Positions 14,073 to 26,315 of a stretch of 64,000 nt of DNA are shown here, piece by piece. Source of the DNA: Somniosus microcephalus. Lineage: Eukaryota. Below the pieces are notes generated by a model. That model was not told the origin of the DNA. It ran no database searches and was given only the letters and a program-made list of their open reading frames with translations. Each line of letters opens with the position of its first letter. Position 1 is the first letter of the stretch. Position numbers and translations under genes: made by a program. The DNA lies in the NCBI GenBank assembly GCA_052327205.1, contig CM126223.1:49104001-49168000 (forward strand), read 5' to 3'.

Positions 14073-14163
14073 GATTTCCCTTGAGATTATGACGCTTCAG
14101 CCCAAGTGTGAGGATGTAGAGACCGCAGAGGGGGTAGCACTAACTGTCACAGGGGTCGCTCAG
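14073..14163 (+). CDS. FLOT2: Flotillin-2 exon 3B (canonical exon 3), 91 nt
   Basis: tttttcacAG| ... CAG|GTaaat. Translates (R)ISLEIMTLQPKCEDVETAEGVALTVTGVAQ, near-identical to human FLOT2 ISLEIMTLQPRCEDVETAEGVALTVTGVAQ. Confidence 0.96.
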
Positions 14164-16064
14164 GTAAATAACCCCACAATCCCAAAATAAAAGCTGATTT
14201 CTAAAAATTCTTTGCAGCCTGAGTCTGTCAAAAGGCACAAAAAAAAACTGACTAATGCTTTTGCTTATCTTAACAAAACAGTAGGAGGTCACTTATTCTG
14301 TAATTCTTACATGAATGACGTTCAAGGGTGGAAAATGTGTTTTAACAGGACCTGACTGTGATAACATTCAGGCCCGTGGCCACTTATTATTTTGTTCAAG
14401 AACCCACCATGTATTGGAATGCCATGTTTCTCACACCGAGCGGCACGCAGCTATCCAAATGTTGAAGCTCGTAGTGGCATAAAGCAGACCCATGGAAAGT
14501 ACTATTATACGGCCCCTTGGGCCTCTGGCATCAAAATTGCACATTTGTGGACGAAACAGTCGCCGAGAATCTGGCATGAAACCTCGCACACGTACAGTTT
14601 TCCACCCATGAATGTTAGTGGTGAGCTGACCGTTCATTTTGGAACCATGGGATCATTTTCTGTAACGTTCAAATTAACTTTTGCAGGCTTTGGTGATTTT
14701 TTTTTGGGGGGATTTTTATTTTGGTTGACATGTTTCTATTCTGCCTCAACCGGTTAAATGGAACTGCATGACCTTAAAATGAATGGCATTCTCCCTGGTT
14801 TGAGCCCGTACAGTGTGGGAAGTCGCAAGCACCCCGAGGTGTCTCGGTGTCTCCTAGCGGGGACACCAACCTTTTACGGTACAACATGTGCCAACAGGCA
14901 CTGTGGCTACCAACTAGCTACCTGTGATTTCACTGGACCTCTTTGGCCAATACACAAGCAAAATCTGGGGAGCATTCATTCCACTGCTAATAAACTGATT
15001 CACTGATCAGCTGTTTTAAACAAAAAAAAGCATACGGGTTCCACGGCTTTTACAAATCGAGGCGTTGAGTGCAAAAGCATGGAAGTTATGCTAAACCTTT
15101 AAAAAATTGCTGGTTAGGTCTCCGCTAGAGTATTGTGTTCATTCCTGGGTACCAAGATAGCAGCAGCATGTGTGTAATGCATCTGAATGTAATGCAAATA
15201 ATTAATTTAATATTGTATCTCGTAATATAACCAATGATTATTCCCTGTACCTCTACCAGGAATGCAATGATATTTTACTATACCACCGTCCTCTATAAAT
15301 CTCCAGGTTTTGAATTGGCTCCTTCACCCCACTGTAATAACCCTTAAACTAGGATGATTGACAGCAAAAGGATCTGAAATTAGGCTTTTATTTAATGCTT
15401 CAAGCCCTAGGAATTAAATGAGATTCTCAATGCTGTGAACATATTCTGTCGGTAATGCATTGAGACCCTTTTCACAATGAATTTTAATTTCCTGCAACAG
15501 AATCACTAGATCAGGGACTGCAGAATAAAGCTGTGTGAGGCGGACTGAATAGGTAGAGCTAGATTAACTTATGCAGAGAAACAACCTATGACACAAGACA
15601 GCTGCAGAGAGAGGGAGGAAAAATGAATTACCTGAAGAATTCCGAATGGGGCAAAGAAATCTGAGGGAACAAACCCTTTGAGGTAGTGGCCAAAGAAGAA
15701 TTGGTTGGAAAGACTGCAAAAGAAAATCAAGGTTAGAGAACGATGGGAGATTAATGTTCAAATCTTCAATGTAAGTGGGTAGTTTCAGGATAGTAGGAGT
15801 GTATCTTATTTTGGACCACTGGGTGTCTGAATTGCATGGAAGCCATGAGTCTCCAAGCTTAGCTGCAGAGAAATCGCCCTAAGTAGAGTCTTTGTTTGTG
15901 GCGTGCATACACTGTCCCTTGAGGGACACACACCACGTGTTCAAGTCCAGAGAGCATAGGTGCAGTTTGGCAAGTGGCAAGGGAGCCCCCATATGTGCAC
16001 AGGGTTACGCTGGAGTTTAATTAGCTAAAGCAGTGCACCCATCAGCATTATTCTCTGATGAGCT

Positions 16065-16935
16065 GTTTAAAAAAAGCATATGGGATCCTTGGCTTCATAA
16101 ATAGAGGCATAGTGTAGAAAAATATGGAAGTTATGCTAAGCCTTTGTAAAACGCTGGTTAGGCCTCGGCTAGAGCGTCCGCTGTGGCTCAGTGGGTAGCA
16201 TTCTCGTCTCTCAGTCAGAAGGTTATGGGTTCAAGTCCCACTTCAGAGACTTGAGCTCATAATCTCGGCTGGAGTGCAGTGCTGAGGGAGGTGCCGTCTT
16301 TCGGATGAGATGTTAAACCGAGGTCTCGTCTGCCCTCGGGTAAAAGATCCCAAGGCACTATTTCTGAGAAGAGCAGGGGAGTTCTGCCCAATATCCTGGC
16401 CAACATTTATCCCTCAATCAATATCTGGTCATTATTACATCATTGGCTTTAAAGCACTTTGGACCGTCCTGAAGTCATGATAGGCTCTATATAAATGCAA
16501 GTATGTCTTTCTATCGAGAGTATTATGTCCAATTCTGGGCACCACACTTTAGGATGGATGTCACGGCCTTGGAGAGGGTGTAGAGGGGTTTTACCAGAAT
16601 TATACCAGGGATGAGGGAGTTCCGTTATGTGGAGAGACTGGAGAAGCTGCGATTGTTCTCCTTAGAGCAGAGAAGATTAAGGGGAGATTTAATAGAAGTT
16701 TTCAAAATTATGAAGTGGTTTGATAGAGTAAATAAGGAGAAATTGTTTCCACTAGCAAGTGGGCCGGTAACCATAGAACACAGATTATGAGGGGAGTTGA
16801 GAACTTTTTTTTACGCTATGCAAATTGTGATCTGGAATGCGCTGCCTGAAAGGGCTGTGGAAGCAGATTCAATAGTAACTTTCAAAAGAGAATTGGGTAT
16901 ATACCTGAAAAGAAAAAAATTGCGGTTCTATGGAG
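16065..16935 (+). mobile_element. CR1 fragment interrupted by a SINE
   Basis: CR1 RT C-terminal sequence ...ggttaggcctcggctagag stops at 16174 and resumes as agagtattatgtccaattctggg at about 16517. Confidence 0.8.
16175..16512 (+). mobile_element. tRNA-derived SacSINE1/DeuSINE-like SINE nested in CR1
   Basis: A box tggctcagtggg, B box ggttcaagtcc, central ggaggtgccgtctttcggatgaga...taaaagatccc...gaagagcaggggagtt, tail ctatataaatgcaagt. Confidence 0.8.
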
Positions 16936-17199
16936 AAGCACCCTTCCCCAAGACAACAACAACTTGCATTTATATAGCGTTTTTAATGTAGGAAAACATC
17001 CCAAGCTGCTTCACAGAGGGGGGTAATCAGCCAAAGTCAGAGAATTTGGGAGGGGCTTAATATCTCACATGAACGATGGCACGTCCAACAGTGCAGCACT
17101 CCCTCCGTACTGTACTGAAGTCTCGGCCTGGATTATGTGCTCAAGTCCTTGAGTGTGGCTTGAACCCATGAGCATCTGCCACTGAGCCAAGGCCGACGC

Positions 17200-17755
17200 C
17201 TCTCAGAATTTTGGATGAGCTGAAGTGTGTGCAGTGGGGGAGGATGTGAAACCAGCCAGGAGAGTGTTGAAATAATCGAGTCTGGAGGTGGAAACGGATC
17301 AGGATTTCAGTGGCAATTGGGCTGGGGTGGAGGCGGGTAATGTAACGGAGGGAGAAGTAGTTGGCCTTTGTGATGGAGGCTATGGGGTTAGAAGCACAGG
17401 GCCGAGTAAGCTGCCAAGGTTGCGAGCAGTGTTGTTCAACTTGAGATAGTGGCCAGGGAGGGGGATAAAATCAATATACAGGGCATGGAGCTTGTGCCAG
17501 AAGTTGAAGACAATGGCTTCAGTCTTCCCAATGTTTAACTGGAGGAAATTGCAGCTCATCCATGACTGGATATTAGACGAGCAGTCTAGCAAGATAGAGG
17601 CAATGGAGGGATCGAGAGAGATGGTGGAGAGGTATAGCTGGGTGTTATCAGTGTACTTGTAGAAGCTGACCCCATGTGGCCAAGGGCAGCATGTAGCTGA
17701 GGAAGAGGAGGGAGTCCAGGATAGATCCTCGGGGAACCCTGGAGCTTATGGTGCA
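17200..17755 (-). mobile_element. L2-clade LINE RT fragment
   Basis: Minus ORF IQSWMSCNFLQLNIGKTEAIVF...ARNLG is typical of the L2 RT C-terminal region. Confidence 0.8.
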
Positions 17756-18889
17756 GGGACGAGCTAGATTTGTTCATCCTCCTCTTGGTGTGCGGCTGAG
17801 ATAAGGTTGACTGAGTGGGAAAATTGAACCCTTGTCCCAGCACTCCTTAACAGCAGATTTTGATGCAGCTGTCATTAGTATTTTAGAAACTTGTGGCACA
17901 TAAGGTTTAGAATTTAAAGAATTTGAATCTGCAGAGTATTATCTATGGATTGCTTTCAGCTTTATTTCAGTGTTTGCCATAATTGCACTTTGTGGTTGTG
18001 AGGCAACCTCCAGTATGACCTAAATTGTTGTCTTTGAAGAGTTTGCAGTGACAGGAATTCCCATGGCTGAGTTCATTGCTCTGCTAACCGTATTTGTTTT
18101 TTCCAGTTGCATGTTCGAAGCATCGAACTGGAACAGATTGATGCTGTCCCTATTTATAATAGAATTAAATCCAAGAATAGTGATACGTAGGACTCAGATT
18201 TTTTAGACGGGATGACTATTGGTGTTTGTACAGAGGGCATCTTAAATCTGGAGGAATTGCCTCCGAATGTTAACTGTGAAGAGGCTTTGATCTTGTGTGC
18301 GGCTTGAAAACTGTACTGGCTTCAAAGTTTTGTTACAAACTTGCTCCAGCTGCAAAGCTCGAGAAGTGTGCCTGCGGCAATCTCTTTGCTTCACTTGTTC
18401 AGCCTCCCCGTGACCTACATTTTAATGGACTCATCATAGGTTTAAAAAAAACTCAAAGCTCTCCTGATAGTGGAGGGGACCACTTGCTGTGGTACTGAGC
18501 TACATGGGCCAGAAAGTACCAGGTTTGGTATCCTGTCTAGTGAGGGTGGTGGTCGAGATACCGTCTACTCTTTAATTGATTATTTCAAATGATCTGTTAA
18601 TTCCGTTTTTTTTAAACTTTAAATTGAAACGATTGCATAATTTGATTTTTCTTCCCCTTAAATAAAATGTTTTAAAAATAATAGGAGTAGACGATTGGCC
18701 CTCCAGATCTGTAGGTTAGAAAGAGGATAGAAGTTCGCACTGCTCCATTGCTTCATAGCGAGCGTGCTGGAAAAAGCACGGGTGAATGTCCAGGTGAGGA
18801 CAGCATTGGGCTCAACTGTGATGTTCTCCACAGTCACCAAGACCCACTGGCTAGGCTCGCACATCAGCACGAGTACCTGGGCAAGGCAC

Positions 18890-19268
18890 AGAGAAGGTTA
18901 AGAGATGACGTAATAGAGGTTTTCAGATGAGAGGTTTTGTTAGAGTCAATAGGGAAAAAATATTCCCTCTGGCGAGTAGGTCAATAACTAGAGGGCATAG
19001 ATTCCAAGTCATTGGAAAAAGACCTAGAGAGGGGGATGAGGAGAATATTTTTCAGACTTGTCAGGATCAGGAATGCTCGACCTGAAAAGGTGGTAGAAGC
19101 TGATTCCATCAATAATTTTAAAAGGGAGTTGGACGGGTTCCTGAGGATGAGGAACTGACCGGGTTAGGGACAAAAAACGAGGATGTAGGATTAGCACAAC
19201 GGCTCTTTCAAAGAGCCAGCACAGGCACGACGGGCCGAATGGCCGCCTCCTCTGCTGTGAATCTATGA
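18890..19268 (+). mobile_element. CR1 3' fragment
   Basis: QRRLRDDVIEVF... followed by 3' tail acgggccgaatggccgcctcctctgctgtgaatctatga. Confidence 0.75.
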
Positions 19269-19969
19269 ATAGTTGCAGCTGGACCTCAGTAAGAGCTTCA
19301 GAAGATCGGGGGGTGGGGGGAGAAATTAAACAATCACAAGATTACTGTTGAAAGTTCAAGATATTTCCCTTTATTATTTATGTCTTCAGTGATTAGTTTT
19401 TAGTTTCAGCCCTTCAAAGCTTGTGACAATTTAGAACACAAGAAAATCCATCAGTTTTTTGAGATTCTTATTGAGCACTAATTAAGGTGCTAGTTTTTCG
19501 CTCGTCTACATAATTTGCATAAGTGGTCACTAATTAGTGTAGGCGGCTATGTTTGTAAGGTGTATTTCTGCTCAGTGAAGAGTAAATTTATTTTCATTTT
19601 GAGAAGTTGTTGTCCCATTTGGGGTAAATCACCAGAATATAGTTTTCCCCCCTTCTGCACCCTTGGACTGGCCTGTGTCGCCACCTTGTTGGTGCACTTA
19701 TCGATGTGGGGGTCGGAGCTGATAGATGGCACAAAGTTTTTATAATGGTTTCAGCGCACTGTCAGCCAGTCTGCGCCATTGTTGATGTTGGGTTGTACGG
19801 TGCATCTATGTTGCCCAGTTGTTTACCTGCTGCCTTGGGGTGTCTGTAATTCATTCTCCCCCTTTTAAAGCTGGCTGCCAATCATGCTGATCTAATGGCA
19901 TGTCAGTAAAATCCCCACCTTTGTGTGTTGAGTGTGGGAGTGTTTATGACGTGCAGCTGACTGGAGGGA

Positions 19970-20285
19970 GACAACAACAACAACTTGTATTTATATAGCG
20001 CCTTTAGCGTAGTAAAACGTCCCAAGGTGCTGCACAGGAGTATTATAAGCCAAAAAATTGACACCGATCCACATAAGGATAAATTAGGGCAGGTGACCAA
20101 AAGCTTGTTCAAAGAGGTAGGTTTTAAGGAGCGTCTTAAAGAAGGAGAGAGAGGTTGCGAGGTTTAGGCAGGGAATTCCAGAGTTTAGGGCCCAGGCAAC
20201 AGAAGGCATGACCAACAAAGGTTGAGTGATTATAATCAGGGATCCTCGAGGGCAGAATTAGAGGAGCGCAGATATCTCGGGAGTT
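19970..20285 (-). mobile_element. L2-clade LINE 3' end
   Basis: Reverse complement of tail gcgctatataaatacaagttgttgttg; minus ORF AFCCLGPKLWNSLP. Confidence 0.75.
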
Positions 20286-20459
20286 GTGTGATTCCTGTGC
20301 TACTGTCCAATCCAAAAGTGCCCATTTTCTCATGGTCCACAGCAGGACTGAACAGTTTACCTTTTAAGTAAGACTAGAAAATATCCATAAACATTATAAG
20401 CCACAACTTTCAATACTGTGAAACAGACATACTGAAAGAGACGGTCCATTAGTACCGTA

Positions 20460-20860
20460 GGGTTACCTAATAGAGGTCTTTAAAATCATGAAAGGTTTTG
20501 ATAGAATAGACACAGGGAGAGTGTTTCCACTTGTGGGGGAAGAGAAAAACTAGAGGCCATCAATATAAGATAGTCACCAAAAAATCCAGTCGGGAATTCA
20601 GAAGAAACTTCTTTACCCAGAGAGTGGTGAGAATGTGGAACTCGCTACCACAGGAAGTGGTTGAGGCAAATAGTATAGATACATTTGAGGGGCGATTAGA
20701 TAAGCATATGAGGGAGAAAGGAATAGAGGATTATGCTGATAGATTTAGATGAGGAAAGACGGGAGGAGGCTCGAGGGGAGGAGGCTCGAGTGGAGCATAA
20801 ACGCCGGCATGGACTGGTTGGGCCGAATGGCCTGTTTCTGTGCCGTATATCCTGTGTAAT
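20460..20860 (+). mobile_element. CR1 3' fragment
   Basis: KTRGHQYKIVTKKSSREFRRNFFTQRVVRMWNSLPQEVVEA. Confidence 0.85.
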
Positions 20861-21323
20861 CCTTTCTATTAAAAAGGCTATGAAGCTAAGAAAGTCTGCA
20901 GCAAGGAAAGGTAATTTGCCCCATCAAGCCCAATCCATGTGTGGTTCTTTCATAGACATCCTCTCCCACCGCACACTGGACCACCTCCTATTGATCCCCG
21001 ACTTCACTGAACACCCAAGTTCTTGCCCCTGGGCAAAAGATAAATGCAGGGCACTGCTGAGGAATCCTATTAGTTTGATGTCGAGTTAATTGTTCACTCT
21101 TCCTTGCATTAGCACCTGAGTCAAGGTTCCCGTTCATTTTTTTAAAAATTAGCTCCTGGATATTATTGAAGATTCTCTCCAGCGTAATTTTCCCTTCAGT
21201 ATTTTCTTCAATTGCAGCAGGTGTCAGGGTGGCTGCTTTTAGTGAGTCCTCGCTGCAAGCACCATTTACAGGCAGCTGTTGACCATCTCTGTGAGCTGCA
21301 CAAGCACAAAATATGAAATTACT

Positions 21324-21515
21324 ACAGAAAATGCTGGAAACACTCAGCAGGCCAGGCAACATCCGTGGAGAGAGAGAGAGAGAGAGTTAACGTCAGAAGG
21401 GTCACAGACCTGACACGTTAACTCTGACTCGCTCTCCGCGGATGCTGCCTGGCCTGCTGAATGTTTCCAGCATTTTCTGTTGTTAGTTCAGATTTCCAGC
21501 ATCCGCAGTATTTGG
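21324..21515. mobile_element. Penelope-like element terminal remnant arranged as an inverted repeat
   Basis: Arm acagaaaatgctggaaacactcagcaggccaggcaacatccgtggagag...gttaacgt (21324-21393) is the reverse complement of 21415-21480; related sequence at about 6140-6245, 38017 and 45909. Confidence 0.7.
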
Positions 21516-24500
21516 CTATTGCCGAATGTGAAATTGTTGGTTGCCACAAATCGAGTCTCTTGTGATAGCGGCAGTGTTCTCGAGAAATTCAGAGACTCTT
21601 ACAGCTCGGAAGGAGGCCATTCGGCCCATCGTGCCTGTGCCGGCCCTTTGAAAGAGCTCTCCAATTAATCCCACTCTCCCTACTCTTTCCCTGGAGCCCT
21701 GCAAATTTTTCCTCCCTTCAAGTATTTATCCAATTCCCATTAAAATTTTGATCAGCCAATCCATTTTAATTGGCACCTGCCAACGAAGTGAGAGTTTTTA
21801 CATTGCTTGGTAGGTCCGCCCTATTCAATCAACTACACTACTGAAAGTAAATCCCACAGCACTGGAGATCCATCCTTTCTTGGATCACTGAATCTGCTCT
21901 CTGCTTTTGGTTTCGTCAACATGCTCACCGCATCAGCATGCTTTGTTAATGATGCAAACTGACAGCACGTATGACACAATGGGTTAGCTCAATGCTTGTT
22001 CTTGGCCCCTACCCAAGTGGGTTTTTTTTAATTAAAGATATATTTTTTTTAATTATCAGAAGAATATATTATCCAGTACCTCTACTCTCTAGTAGTCTCC
22101 TCTCCAGAGGAGGCCGATTCGCAACATGGAGAGCTGGCCTCCTCCAACAGGTTTACTGGAGAGCAGAGGCACAGGGCTGTATTTAATCATGGAGGAGTGA
22201 TGCAGAGGGAGTTGGTTTGCCGTTACTTTCCCAAGACTTGAGGCACGTCTAAAAATGCCTGAAGTTAAAGCATCGGTGCCAGTTACTGCATCACGGGGAC
22301 TGAGTGAGTTGAGATTAAAAGAGAAGCTAGTGACGGGCTTTTTCCCTAAGAATTCCTTCCTGTGCGCATCCATTTTGGGGGAGGGGGGGCTAGATAAAAT
22401 GAGGGGGAGTGACAACAGCCGGGGCTTCCGATGGAGTTGACTTGCTAAAGTGCACTCTTTCCCCGCCCCCCCCCCCCCCCCCCCCCGCCAACTGCATCCA
22501 ACTCCACTATACCTGCCCCCTCCAGTGGATGCTTACAGGGTCCCCAAAGATGCAGTTTGAATTATTATTGTAAAATGGGAAGTGCAACATGGAACTGCAA
22601 AAGACCTAGAGCAGAGAAAGAAACTCTGTGGGTAAGTCAGTTGGTATTGTTATTTCTCAGTGATTGTGCGGTGATGAGCCCTGTGGGCTGGCATCAAACA
22701 GTGAGAAAAGTCCCATAGAGCTACCTCACTGTGTACTCGTGTGAATGAATGCATGAATTTTAACCCTAAAGTTTACTCAACCGTAACTTGCCCAAATCTA
22801 CTGAATTCTTTATTAAGGCTAAAGTGATGGGATGTGCGATCCTATCTGCGTCTACTCTCAGTGATTTAACCAGTGTTTGTCAGGCCATAATGTGAAAGGT
22901 CCAGCCTATCTGCAGGAGAGGGAGTGCAAATTGGTCACAGTGAAGGCTCTGCCGTGTTCATGTACCTCCTAGTGGCTTATGATGGGATGATATTGCAGCT
23001 GACTAAGAGCTGCTCTGTTCCCTGCCTTCTGACTGGGTCGGGGGGTGGGAGGTGGGGTGGGGGGGCTCCTAATTGAGGAGGATAAAGTCTTGATGGCTCA
23101 GATTTCCTGTTTTCAAGTTAGTTGAAGCTGCCCCGATAGTTCGGCTAGTTTCGCGAGCGAGTAGCGGAGCCACACAGAATGCAAGGTCCCGATTGGATTC
23201 CTGTTGCTGTGCTGAATTAGTTGATCTCGAATGAGACAACAGTTTACAGTTGTCTTCGCCGCCACCCCTGCACTAGAAAGGGGAAAACCAGCTAGGACCC
23301 CCTGCTCCTGAGTACTAGCCAGCAGCCTCTGCTGGAAAATGTGCATGTCAGTTAAGGAGAGGACCGGGCTTGGTTGCGATGGTTGAATATCCTGGCAGTG
23401 CTCACCGTGTAGGCTCGTGCATAAAGAACGGTCACTTGGACAGTGTACTGGAGGAGAGTGCCCAGCACCCCTGGGCACCGTACCCCAGCAGGATTCCATG
23501 CCTTCAGAAGAAGGGGGGGCGAGGGAAGGGACAAAATTGGCAAAATTTCCTTTTTCAATCAAAAGTATTTGATGTGATTTAAATTGTCTAAGTCTCTGCT
23601 TCCAAATGGTAAGAGTGTCTCCTTGCACAAAGCAGTTTAGAGAATTCAGCCTACAAAATCACAGGCTGTCACAAGAAAATGAATGTGTAGGTGGAATGAG
23701 AAGGTAGAAAATAGATGAGATCTTTAAACTCCGATACCCAGGTGTCACGTAATTAAATTTCAATCGTCAACATTTTAAAATTGGGCATAATTAGCACTTT
23801 ATTATTCAGCGTAAATTGAAACCTGGACAACATCTCGGATTTAGATTTCACAGCCTTTGTTACACACTGTTGACCACTTCCAAAATCATTTTCTTCCCCC
23901 CCTCCCCCAGCCCCCCTACCCCCTCCCTCCCCGCCGGATTTACAAAAACACTTTGTAATACCTCATCTCTGCATGCACATCACGGAACAGTTTGACAGAT
24001 TCTGCTGCTGTGAAAGGGCTGGTAGAGACTGAAAGGAAAAGTGCCTGGATGCTGATCATTAAATTATAGACCACTTTGGAAACCTGTTCTGCCATATTGG
24101 AGCATTGATGCAATTGATTCTGGTTTCCAATAATACTTTGCAGCCTTGAGTGGGTATTTTAGAGCATAATTCTGGCATGAACCCTTCCTCCATATTGGGG
24201 TGTACAATGATCAATACTTTACATTGCAGCACGTGCAATGTGATCAATTTACATCTCAAAAGTGGAAGAGTTTATGGATAATTATAATTTCTTGGCAACG
24301 CAGCACTTGACTGTCCCTTGATTGCTCATAGATATCAGTCAAAATACAACCACGAACCAACTCCAAAATGGCAGATAGATCACTGAGCACATGTTGGCTG
24401 TGATAAACCCATTCCATGCTTGCTTGCCATGTTAACGCACTGAAGGTGGAGACAGGCAGCGACACAAGGTTTGAAATAACGGAGGGGAGAAAACACTGGG

Positions 24501-25819
24501 ATGAAGAGAGCACCCAAACCAAAATACAAAAATGGCAGTTTTCAAAAGTGTTGCCAGCACGAAACTTCTGTTTCCTATCTCATCAGCATCTTTCACTTCA
24601 GGCTTATTGTGATTTTTTTTCTCCCCCTTGCTGTTTGTCCTCCTGCCCCCACTTTAAAAGTTCTTGAATATAAAAGGGATGACCTCAAGAAATGGGGTGA
24701 ATGCTCATCCAAAATGGTCTCTCTTGCTCATTGAATTAATGCTCCACGATTGCACTGTTGTCATTTATTCTGTGTGCTATGAACCATGGCCTGTGACCTG
24801 TATGATATCTCCGCACTCGAGATGTGATCAGGTTCTTAAAGCCATTTTACGCGTTTGCTTTTGACTCTTCCCCGACGGCTTTGTGAATATACATGCTGTG
24901 TGGCTTCAAGTCCCGGTGTCACCGTTGGCTGATTTCAGCTGGACCAGCAATTGGGGATACCACTCTTGTCCAGAGGGGCGGGGTGGTAAATCATCCAGAG
25001 CCCGCCCCCACCCCACTTCCTGATCACTACCCGGCCGGTAACTGCTGCTGGATCATGCAGGTGTGAGGACAGGGTCGGGTTCCAATGTGATGCTGCACAT
25101 GGTCAATTAGCATCCCAAAAACCTGCTGTTTGAGCTCACATGAAGGGTAGCTACATATCCAAGGTAGTGAAGAGCTGCCAGTGGCATGAATCAGCGTGAG
25201 AAGAGTAAGGTTGAGAGGGAGGGAAGAGAACGTGCGTGTGTCCCACTGTGAGGTCTGGTAAATAACTCCCCTCGTGGTGCTGATCCGAATGTATTTTCTG
25301 TATTTCCAAGAGGTGATTCCTGTATAATCCAAATTACACATTATATAATTTGACACAAATGATCAGTAATAAAACTGCCTATGATTTCTAATATCTGCAC
25401 TTGTCCTAGATGTCTTGCATATTGAATCATTAATGCCACAATGCATCTCCAGATGAGTGCCAAGTAATTCAAAAGATTTCCTGGAAGTTAATTGTGCCTG
25501 AGAGATGGTCCAATTTTGTCATTTCCCCTCCCTACCCCCCTCCCCTTCTAATTTTTAATTTCCTCCTGGCGTTGTGCAATGCTCCTTCTATCAGGACAAG
25601 CAAGAGGCCACATTCCAGGCCAGAACTGACTAGGTGCAAATGGTAGAATTACTTTCATTGTCTTGTATTCTATTTACATTCAAAACACTTCAACTTAAAA
25701 ACAAATTTGAAGAAAGCAAACTAAACAGAGTGGTCAAGCCGCTTGCTCCTTCTTCCTCTCCCCACGTAAGCCTCTTATCTGCAGCTCTCGTTTTATCTGT
25801 AGCCAAGTGATTATAGATC

Positions 25820-26315
25820 AACAACAATAACTTGTATTTATATAGCACTTTTAACGTAGCAAAGCGTCCCAAGGCGCTTCACAGGAGTGTTATCAATCAA
25901 AATTTGACACCAAGACACACAAGGAGATATTGGGACAGGGTCAAGGAGGTAGCTTTTAAGGAATGACTTAAAGGAGGAGAGGTTTAGGGAGGGAATTCCA
26001 GAGCTTAGGGCCCAGGCAACTGAAGACACGGCCACCAATGGTGGAGCAATTAAAATCGGGGATGCGCAAGAGGCCAGAATTGGAGGACCACAGAGATCTC
26101 GGAAGGTTGTAGGGCTGGAGGAGGTTACAGAGATGGGGAGGGGCGAGACCATGGAGCGATTTAAGAGTTTTTAAATCGAGGCATTACCAGACCGGGAACC
26201 AATGTAGGTCAGCGAGCACAGGGGTGATGGGTGAACGGGACTTGGCGTGAGTTAGGAAACGGGCAGCAGAGATTTGGGTGAGCTGAAGTTTACGGAGGGT
26301 TGGAGGCCGGCCAGG
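25820..26315 (-). mobile_element. L2-clade LINE 3' fragment
   Basis: Same tail and body as 19970-20285 (aacaacaataacttgtatttatatagc...gggaattccagagcttagggcccaggc). Confidence 0.75.

Noticed and set aside
16175-16260. tRNA gene (A and B boxes)
   Set aside because: It is the tRNA-derived head of a SINE, continuous with the SINE body and without a full cloverleaf.
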